From Bispira polyomma (taxonomy: Eukaryota): a stretch of 64,000 nucleotides of DNA. The DNA is taken from contig OZ287753.1 in the NCBI GenBank assembly GCA_965649765.1, positions 4,154,001-4,218,000 on the forward strand. The letters are read 5' to 3'. Positions within the stretch are counted from its first letter, which is position 1, and every line of letters starts with the position of its first letter. Positions 54,200-64,000 of this stretch are shown here, one piece after another. The position numbers and the translations under genes are program-made. Below the pieces are notes generated by a model, which was given only the letters and a program-made list of their open reading frames with translations, searched no databases and was not told where the DNA came from.

Positions 54200-54388
54200 C
54201 ACATTGGGTTCGACTCCCGTCGATGCCTATGTAGGAAAGGTGGTATTTCCTTACTCAGGGCCGCTGGTTTCAGTGTAGAACCTCGATCAACTGTATACAG
54301 TGTTTCCTCCAGCGTTCCAACTACCCGTCCCAATATAACCTACTGAAAGGTACTGGAGTGGACTTTAAATATCTAAATTCAAATTCAA
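54200..54388 (+). mobile_element. tRNA-derived SINE family A, 5'-truncated
   Basis: GGGTTCGACTCCCGTCGATGCCTATGTAGGAAAG... with AAATTCAAATTC tail. Confidence 0.88.
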
Positions 54389-55219
54389 GGTCACATTGAC
54401 TGGAAAAAGGCTTGCAAGATGCATTTCAATTGTATTGATGTTAATTATGCTGTTTGGTTTGGGGGTAGGGGTGGGGGAGAAGACAATATCTGTGTAGGTC
54501 ATATTAAGGAAATAAGAGGCAGTATTCTGAAAATGGCTGAGCCTACACTTAGTCGATGATCTGGTATACTTTTGTAGCAGATTTAGGACAATGCCTGTGA
54601 ATGTTTTGCAAATACTACTACTGAGATACAAAGTTTTTTTACCTCATTAATGTGTGTTTGTATGTTATGTGAAATATACATTACATATTAATCAAACTTT
54701 CATGTGATCAGTGCCTCTGATAGTTACATGTGTCTGAAGTTAGTAAAAACACATTCATTTCAGAATATTAATTTTAATACTTACTAGAATTAAAATATTT
54801 AAGGTCACCTTAAGTTAAGGCATGAGCTTAAGATTGCTTTGACCTAAAGTTAACGTTAAACTTTAAGGTAACTTTAACTGTGAGTTTGGATTAGAGTTTA
54901 AGTTACTGTAATAAAAGAGACATTAACAAGTTTACGAATTTATAAATTAAAGGTGAGCTCAAGATTTTTTAATTAAATTTGTTATACACGAGACATTAGG
55001 TTTACGCAACATGGTAAGCATGTAAAAGTTATATGAATATAGCAATAAAAGCACTAAAAAAATGTAAAATTTATGTAAAACGGTTCCACTTATAGCTAAA
55101 AGACTAAAACCTTAGCTTAAGAAACACTCAATTTTAGAGTTCATAATAAGAGTCCATGTGTCCCAGAAACCTATCTAGCTGAGCCTTAGGTGGCAGTATT
55201 ATATTATATATCTATTTAT

Positions 55220-58200
55220 TTTGAAATTTGTTTGTCAAAAACGTTTAGTACTTTGGTCTTGTAATTACCGCCTTTTTCATTATATCTTTCCTCGCTTCAA
55301 TGGACATGTCAACACAGATAGATATACAAGGAAAAGCATGGGTTTGCAAATGTATATATGATATATATATATACTATACCGACGAGAAATCTGTAATTTT
55401 TATGTAATTCCTTTAAACTTGCAAGAACGCACCCCTTCTAACTTTGGTTTCGACCGCTAGATGGCGCCACACTACAGTGCGTTTTTTTGTAAACTAGAAG
55501 ACCTCAAACATTGCCTTTATTCAATCACAATTTTAATATTATATGAAAGTTTGACAAAATAATCACCTTATATGCACATATAGTTGCTTTAATCCATTGA
55601 AATTTTTTAGTTTGCAAGACTTTGAAACTGCCATATTTGTTGTTATTAAATAGTAGTGAACAGATGCTCAAAGACCGACACTAATTAAATCACGTGAGAC
55701 GGAGATTGGCTGAAAATCTTGGCCGTTTCCAATGCGCATGCGCATTAAGGTTAAAGGTGCGACCTCTTAAACAATATTAATTGATTTTTTAATCCCCCAA
55801 TTGGGAACTCGCCCCATCTGACACCCTATTTTACTTCAAAGCAATGCCAAGTATTATACAGCAAGTATATTACAAGATTTATCAACACATGTTTATCTGT
55901 GTTCTTTAATGGCGATATGCTAGAATATATACAAGGAAGAAATGTAGTGAATATAAAATTATATAAAAGCAAGCCCTTTTTTGGACACAAGTAAGTAATA
56001 TATACTCTTTATTTTGCCATACAAATACATATATCTTTCTAAAATTTATCTGTATATTAATATCTTCAAATTGCTTTTTAAACCCAAACAGATTCTGCAT
56101 ACCTTACACAATGTGCTTCTATAACAAAGCCAAACGTCATAATGACGTCACTCGAATTACTCACTTTTTTGTCAGGATATCATGTGTACTTGGGTACTTC
56201 CTGTGAGTATATATATTAGGTTACTGTGAAAATGATATAAACAGCTTTGAAGGTAACATATATACAAAGAACAATAATAGAAAATTAGGTCGCGTATATT
56301 CTCAATAGTTTTTAATGTTGAAATGCTTTATTATTATCATATAGAAGCAATAAACGAAACTTTCCGAAAATGGCTTTGATCTTTGACATATATTAGTGTA
56401 TGATTGTTGCGGTCACGGGAGCAAGCGCGGTAACAATTACCGGTTGCTTTGAGGTTGTAACAGGAAAAGACAAAAAGTATCACTTAACAAATTTATTTAA
56501 CAAATAAAATATACAATTACAGAATTACAGAATTACAATCAACCAAGATGCTCTTAATGGTTCATACAATAATACAATAATGAAACCAATCTGACCTGAC
56601 CACAGTCCTGTCCACATAAATAACAATTAAACAAGTTTGTCCACTGTATCCAGCAATCTGTCTTGAGATCCGCTCAGTGTCCACACAATGCTTGTATCCT
56701 GTTATCCGTTTGGTGTCCATGAACACAAAATTTATATATCCAGAGAGTCTACACAACTAAGCTATCCAATCCAGGATGTAAAATTATCCAATATGCAGTA
56801 AATCCAATCCCTGGTAGATCCACAACTTTTATCTAGTTCACTCCAATGAGTTCACCACAAAAACATATATAGTAATCAGTATATATCCACAGGAAAAGAA
56901 ATAAAATGTTTCACAGTATAGCAGTTTGTATAGCACATCAACTCAATAATCTATGGTCTGTGGCCAGGCTGTCAACCCTTATATATACAACTGCTAGAGA
57001 AGACTCTAGAATATGTAAGCAATCGCTAAAACATTCCAGAGATGAGATATACATATGAACACACAACAGAAACAAAATAGAAACAGCTTCTAGAAGCTTA
57101 GGGGTTTCCCCAAATCTATAAATAGATCACTCTAGCAGAGTGCTTTAACATACCACAATGTCCTTATATGTAACAATGATGTTTGTAGGATGCTAATAAG
57201 CTGTTTTATTGACAGTTTTCGTGTGTTTTTTTGTGAATGAAAGTAGTGAATATACCCACATATTATTATTATTAAAAAAGTAAGCCTTTTTCTGGACATT
57301 TCGGAACACAAAAAAGTAAGATAAACTCTTTATTTTGTCATACAAATACAATTTACCTTTAATTTGTGTCTTATCAATCCATTCAATTTGCTTTTTAAAC
57401 GAAAACATTGTATGTCGGAAAATTTGAAGCGTAGAAATGGAATGCAACAACATAAGTACACAGATGGATATGCACGTGTTGTTTACTATTCTCCAACGAC
57501 ATTCACCCAAAATTGACAATCCTGTGTGCAAGGAAGAACAATAAAAAATTAGGTCGATCAAGACATTTTTTTTAATTTGCAAAAACGCAATGTAAGGCAA
57601 ACGTACGTGATTTGAGAAGAAAGTCATTATATTATAGATACTCCCAAGTATATACATATATATACTCTGTCTTTCAACCGCTAAGAATATCAACTGATAT
57701 GTACATAGTTTAGAAAATGTAGCTTCACAATTCGATTTCCTTAAATATAACATTTACTTCAAATTTCAAAGTGAAAAAAGCAAGCCCTTTTCTGAAGATT
57801 TTGGAAACAAGAAAGTAAGATAAACTCTCTTTTTTTGTCACACAATCACATTTCTAAATATTTACCTTTCGTCCATTGTTTCCTTCAATTTGCTTTCCAA
57901 ACATATTCCTGTGCTTCCCAATGACGCAATATTTATTGTTATGAAGCATAACGTGTGTGTGTAATCAGCCAATCAGAATCGCTGAGACAGTAACGAATGA
58001 AATCACTCCATACAAAAAGACATTGCCCATCAACAACCAAGATGGAGTTGTAGGTAAACACAGCAACTTCTGTGAGATACCAAAAGATATTAAATATGTT
58101 ATGTCGCAGTTATTAATCTAAATAATGGCCTCACATTTTGACAAAAGATGCAAAAGTATTTATTCTTTGTAAAAATATTTACTTTGTTGTTAAAGGGTAA

Positions 58201-58490
58201 GATTTCCATTGAACTTTTGTCCTAATAGTGACCAAAATATTAAACTATACACAAGCCAGAACCTTCCAACCAAAATAAATATAAAATAAAGATACTATTC
58301 ATTCTGCTGTCAACAAAATGAGCCCGTTGCCATGGTGGACTGTAATGAAGTTGTCAAAATACGAAATAAAATGGCGTTTGTAAAAGTACTGTTTAATTAG
58401 GGCAATATATATTTTGTGAAGTAAAAGCTGTAAGGGAAAATATAAAATGTTTTGTTTAATTAAGTTGGGCAATAAAACTCCATCTTCTTT
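55220..58490 (+). mobile_element. Relic related to the interior of the Kolobok-type element at 5572-9713
   Basis: Colinear blocks: 55230-55490~6115-6380, 55570-55750~6535-6730, 55805-55840~7640-7675, 57955-58012~8660-8712, 58185-58490~8988-9135. Confidence 0.75.
56405..57175 (-). mobile_element. Solo LTR (771 bp)
   Basis: TGTTGC...GTAACA termini; perfect 5-bp TSD ATGAT (56400-56404, 57176-57180); on the minus strand TATATATAAGGG (~56985) precedes AATAAA (~56495). Confidence 0.85.
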
Positions 58491-59086
58491 TCAGTCGTCC
58501 CTTCATTCTTGTTACACATATACTACATCACATTGCAGCCAAACATCACTGTCTCAAGACCGTCTCAAGGCCATCCCAAGACCGTCTCAAGACTGTCCAT
58601 AAATTGAACAACCCCCATACGTGAAAACCAGCTCACTGATTCCTTGTTCAATTTGTGGTGGATCTGAAACTACAGACACTTTGTTAGATTTCTGGTTACA
58701 TTTTTTATGCACATTATATAAACACAATTTTTGACAATATTTAACGTAATATACAGCCACGGAGTATATCAATACAATTTTAACGACATTTAAATAATAT
58801 ACAGTTAGAAATGCACATACCCTTGCCTATTGTTTGACTTCTCCCATTACCCCAAAAGCTAAGAGTTCTGCATAACGGCCTGCCTGGTGTAGCAGTAGTA
58901 TTTCTGGAGACAAGCAGGAAGAACCCACCATGACGCACAAGGGGATACCAAAGTGCAAGACAGGCACTTTTAAAGCGTGCACCCCCTCGCCTACCCCTGC
59001 GCCACAGGTGTTAAGTAACCCATTATAGGTCCTTATTCTTGCACATTGCTCCCAGTATGATATATTGAAATATTGATATATTTTAG

Positions 59087-59212
59087 GATGTGAAGACTCT
59101 ATAGCAAGCTGCACCAAATGTATATTATCTCAGAACCATAAAAATCCTCTCTGTATGGACTGTACCCCTGGCAAGTACCCTGATCCTAAACAACACTGGT
59201 CATTTTGTGAAG
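59087..59212 (+). CDS. CxxC-repeat protein, repeat exon B (126 nt)
   Basis: TTTTAG|...AG|GTAAAT, phase 1-1; CEDSIASCTKCILSQNHKNPLCMDCTPGKYPDPKQHWSFCE. Confidence 0.88.
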
Positions 59213-60964
59213 GTAAATTTACTGATCTCTTTCAATTTTAAATATTTGTGATAAATTATAGTTGTGTCATTCGAAATTTCAGTAACATTATCAAAGACTA
59301 GGATTATTAACAAGTAGTGATTGTACTTGTTGTTGGTACTTGTTTTCATTATTTTGCATTGATATTAGAATATCACAAGGTCATGCATTTTTCTTATAAT
59401 ATACCTTTAGTGTTATTATGTCATTATAGCCGCAGTAAACATTACAGTAATGGACACTCACTATTCAAAAGAAAATATTTGAACTTTAACTTTGATGAAA
59501 TAGTTTAAAAAGTTTATTTGATATATTAATTCGAGTACAGTATTGAGTACATTACCTAGAATCTCCTTTTTAATTTATTTGCAAACTACAAGAAAATGTA
59601 AATGTCAATATTAATATATAAAGAACTAACTATATCGGAGAAAATAAACCAAATCAATTGTATTATTAAGCGGTAATGTGCAATAACTAGCAATATTTTG
59701 ACTCTTAGGACACTTTCATATTGCAAACTTTGTGACCATTCTCTAAATTAGTTACCCGTTATCTGGTATTGTAATATATTGTGTTTTGGAAATAAAGACT
59801 GTAAAAAGGTGAGTACATAATAGCTAGAGAAATAAAGAATATCTAATATCAAATATATAGGATAGTGTTATTGTGTTGAATCAAACTATTGAATCGCATG
59901 AGGAAATAACTGTGCTAAGAATTCTAGTGATTTCCAGGTGCGATGTTATTGTGATTATATATACACTGGTGTACATAAAATGTACCTAATGATATCTCAA
60001 ATGTATCGTTATTGTAATTACATTAATATTCAGAAAACAATATTTGTGATATCTTCTGCTAAATTGATATATCATCATTGAGATTTAGTTAAACAGAACT
60101 AAAGGACATAAATTTTCTGTCAGGCCTAAATCAGTTGTTGCTAGAAGTGTATTATGTCTCAACGCCCACAAAAATCTGGGTCTACTTGCTGACTGTCTTT
60201 CACCTGTAGAGGCTTGAACAAATTGAAACTAAATTAAGTCTAGAGTACGGCCATTCCCTTCTACTCAGAGCGAAAAAGTCTCACATAAACAAGTTGCAAT
60301 CTTGTCGAGTCATTTTTCAACTAAGCATCCAAACTTATGTCTTTCTATACCTCAAAAAGCTAAATTGAATTTATGTAACTATTTTCAGAGCTGTTATTTC
60401 TCAACAACCCTCCTACTTTGTCACTCGACTTTCCTTCAGTAATCTTAAAAGGGGAAATAGACCTTCTGCTTCCCCTGTTAAACCTATCAAGAGGGCTGAT
60501 AATTCCCTCCATGTACACCCCCACAGCTTCCCTTATGACCTTGGTTATGTTTTGGACTTCTCTATGGGTTAACTGATTCTGTTGTTGCGCTTTACAAGAT
60601 GCCTCCACCAATAAGGCGTGTTAAAAATCCATGATACAATAAAATACTAATGGGATTAAAATGTTGTCCATGAGTTTTTAGCAGAAATTTATACTGAAGC
60701 TTGAACAGATTAAGAAGATGAACAGTCGAGACAATGGGATATCCGATGCTAATGTCAGAATTTAATCATTTTATTTACTGGTATCATATACACCTTAGAA
60801 TTTGTTACAACAAAAATAAGCGCTAAAAAAAAAGGTCTGATATATGATATAAATGAAGAACAATTCTAAACATTAGATTAAAACACTTCAATGTAATAAA
60901 CCATTTCACATCATTGCTAATAATAACGTTCACATGTATTATTGACAACTTTTAAAATTTGCAG

Positions 60965-61087
60965 ATTGTGATGCAGGTCTAGAGAACTGTATTAGTTGTG
61001 GTTTAAACAATAAAGACAACACAAAGTTAGTGTGTTTTGACTGTACAAAGGGCTATGCACCACAAGCTAATGGAAATAAATGTACTG
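60965..61087 (+). CDS. CxxC-repeat protein, repeat exon C (123 nt)
   Basis: TTTGCAG|...G|GTAAGC, phase 1-1; CDAGLENCISCGLNNKDNTKLVCFDCTKGYAPQANGNKCT. Confidence 0.9.
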
Positions 61088-61729
61088 GTAAGCTACAATA
61101 GCCGATATGTATGCATATGTAGTTATTGTAAAGACTGATCTGATATTTTACATAATTTTGTCTAATTTTAATTTGTTACATTAATAGACAGTTCATCCTC
61201 AAATTTGAATGAACATTATGGTGGATTACTACAACAAATTATTTAAGTCAGCTGTATCTGAATTTCTAAGAAGAATGCAAAATATATCATTTAATAGCAC
61301 AATGTTTTTAAATTGCATTTCAATAATCATAGTGTGTGACTTGGTTTTGAATTGTAATTTAAGCATGCAGAGATTATATTGCAAACTGCACTGTGTGCCA
61401 GAGAAGAAACAATGGCATTGTATGTACAGAGTGTGAGGCCGAGAAATACCTAAAAAATGAAGAGCTCTGTGAAGGTTTGAGTTCATAATGTTCTTTTTTA
61501 TTTAAACACTCTATAACTGTTATTAGAGATATAAAAACAAAGCAAAAACTAAGTTAAGTAAAGACACTATCCATGCATGTGGAATGTTTCTGTAAGTACA
61601 ACACAGAGCGAAATCAAAAATAAGTTCAAGCAATAATTCTAGAGTGATGCAAATCTTAAAAAAAAAAAACAGATAAAATATTTTTACTTTGACTTGCCAA
61701 AGCATTATAAGCCAGTTTTCCATATATAA

Positions 61730-61732
<3 letters not shown>

Positions 61733-61800
<68 letters not shown>
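61733..61800. repeat. (TA)~34 microsatellite abutting a splice acceptor
   Basis: Directly visible; followed by CAG at 61801-61803. Confidence 0.97.
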
Positions 61801-61803
<3 letters not shown>

Positions 61804-61929
61804 CTTGTGACCATCAAGTCAGTAATTGCCATTACTGTGAATGGAATAAAGATGATGGCACAGATGCCAAGTTTGTCTGTAACCGGTGCAATAATGGATA
61901 TGCCCTTGACTTTAACAACAAATGTGCAA
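61804..61929 (+). CDS. CxxC-repeat protein, repeat exon D (126 nt; paralog of exon A)
   Basis: CAG|...A|GTAAGT, phase 1-1; CDHQVSNCHYCEWNKDDGTDAKFVCNRCNNGYALDFNNKCA. Confidence 0.9.
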
Positions 61930-62241
61930 GTAAGTTTGCTTGTAATTTGTACACATGTATTAACTAAATTTTATGAAAACCCAGATTTGAAAAATCGTTG
62001 AAAATATAGCTGTTAACATGTATGATGCTTATATGCTAATACCATATGTTGTACCTTAACAAAACTGGGATGCGGTAAACACAATTGAGCTAAAATCTCT
62101 TTTTCCAAATATTTTTACCAATGTGTATCGAATGAAACTCCAAACTGTATCATTCACTGTCTATTAAGGTCAAATTCAAGGTCGTCTTACCTACTACCTC
62201 CAATAAACTGCACTGCCCAACCACAAGTTTAGCAAATTGTC

Positions 62242-62441
62242 NNNNNNNNNNNNNNNNNNNNNNNNNNNNNNNNNNNNNNNNNNNNNNNNNNNNNNNNNNN
62301 NNNNNNNNNNNNNNNNNNNNNNNNNNNNNNNNNNNNNNNNNNNNNNNNNNNNNNNNNNNNNNNNNNNNNNNNNNNNNNNNNNNNNNNNNNNNNNNNNNNN
62401 NNNNNNNNNNNNNNNNNNNNNNNNNNNNNNNNNNNNNNNNN
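62242..62441. other. Assembly gap (200 N)
   Basis: Run of N; lies in an intron of the repeat gene and may hide exons. Confidence 1.
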
Positions 62442-62969
62442 TGATACATGACAAATATACTGAAAGTACTTCAAATGTTCAATGGCAGGCTGTATACAGT
62501 ACTCACATTTAGGAAGTAGTAAAAATTATATTAATACACTACTATGTTGTATACTGTTCATACTTCTTATATCATTTACACTTTGTATGAACTATTTGTC
62601 TGAAATATTACATAAAATTGGTGCTTTACTGATTTCTATACTTTGTCACAAGTGTCTAAGCATATGAAAAAAAATGTCCCCCGGTTCATTTTCTCTGCTG
62701 TATGCTCTGTATACGGCCCAATTGTACAATGGAATGTATCAATGCCATATTTTCAAAAGATCATGTTGAAGTTTAAGGTGGCTTAAACATGGGTAAAAGT
62801 CTATAAGCAGTAATAATTGCCACTTGAGATTTAGCAAAGACATTTTTTTGTAAAAACAGACCATGCTATAGTAAGAAACTAAAAATGTGTGTTACCGATA
62901 TAAAAATTGGGACATTAAACAAAAAGAATTATTCAATACATTTTATATTTCATTCTATCTCTCTCTCAG

Positions 62970-63083
62970 ATTGCTCAAGTTATATTGATAATTGTCAGAT
63001 GTGTCACGTGGGAGCAACCAGCCAGGATGTCATATGTGACACTTGTGGAATAAGCTACAGCACAAGAGGGGAAAAGTGTGTAT
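62970..63083 (+). CDS. CxxC-repeat protein, repeat exon E (114 nt); gene continues beyond the window
   Basis: (CT)nCAG|...T|GTAAGT, phase 1-1; CSSYIDNCQMCHVGATSQDVICDTCGISYSTRGEKCV. Confidence 0.88.
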
Positions 63084-64000
63084 GTAAGTAATGCATATAG
63101 TGGAAGTTCTGTATCTTTACAGGTAATGTTGGTGAAAATTACCCTACAGTCTATCTGACCTTGATGTGACCTTTACATGTACACTATGTATTGTATGCAC
63201 ATATTTTTAATACTACCACTTTATTTTATTTACAAAGCCAAGATAACATGGCGTCTTATAATTAGTAACTAATTATATTTGGCAACAAATATATCTTGTA
63301 TCTTGAAATAACAACATGATTACATTTTTATAGAATAAAAATGTTTTTACGAGCATTAATTTTCCAAAAGGTGAAAGATAGCATTTCGACCAATGAGTAA
63401 GGATATTTTTGGAGTGCAAAATAGCAATTTGAAGTTTTTCTGTATCAAATTGTGCAGATCTTCAACAAAAATTTGTCAAATAAATTGAACATGGCCTTGT
63501 TTAAGCACTTGTGCATATGAGTGTACCTGACCTGTGTTTCTGTATGTGTCTCTCCAATGACATGAATACCTAGTAACTCTGCTTGTAGGATAACTGTACA
63601 AAAGACACTTCTGTCACCATGTTTTTTATATACAATTTCAGTTTGCCTTTGTATTGAACCTGACTTTTCTGTACACAAATATAAATTTTGCCATAGTTGG
63701 TGGTATTCCTCGTTTGATAACTGAAAATTTTTGCTACTGCAGTCTATTTAGGTCAGAAACCTTTTAACGTGATTGTTAGCTGTGGCCGCGATGTTGGTTA
63801 ATGGGTCTAAGATGGACTATACAATGGGGTGTAAATTTATTGAAAATATATATCGACGTTAATATTATATTTTTGTCTCATATTTATGTTTCATATATTT
63901 CTGCATAGAAATCGACTAATAGAAACTTATTTCATAACAAAAATGAATTAATTGAAATATGTATACAATAATTATGTTGAAAAGCTAGCCCACGCTTTTT

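Noticed and set aside
57193-57753. 186-aa minus-strand ORF
   Set aside because: Low-complexity AT-rich frame inside a transposon relic; no recognisable motif.
62150-62512. ORFs containing X runs
   Set aside because: Artefacts of the assembly gap.

Overview
AT-rich, intron-containing animal genomic DNA, probably an invertebrate such as a mollusc (inferred from the opsin type and repeat landscape, not proven). Two host genes can be read. (1) A complete 3-exon opsin on the minus strand (28157-27871, 25824-25691, 25350-24479; 430 aa). It resembles the Gq/rhabdomeric class but has non-canonical residues: Asp at the 181 counterion site, SRH at 310-312 and DRL. Intron 1 carries an inverted, degenerate copy of part of its own exon 3. 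(2) A plus-strand gene running off the right edge, built from symmetric phase-1 exons that each encode one 6-Cys CxxC repeat (51418, 59087, 60965, 61804, 62970), with possible upstream exons at 49271 and 37438. The rest is mostly repeats: a ~1.9-kb tandem duplication whose second copy holds a 4.1-kb TTAA-flanked Kolobok-type transposon, two DIRS-type tyrosine-recombinase relics, a Harbinger relic, tRNA-derived SINEs, CR1/L2 and L1/Tx1 LINE fragments, a solo LTR, MITEs, minisatellites and a 200-N gap. No new system can be proven from sequence alone; the best leads are the divergent opsin with its intronic antisense arm and the CxxC-repeat protein.
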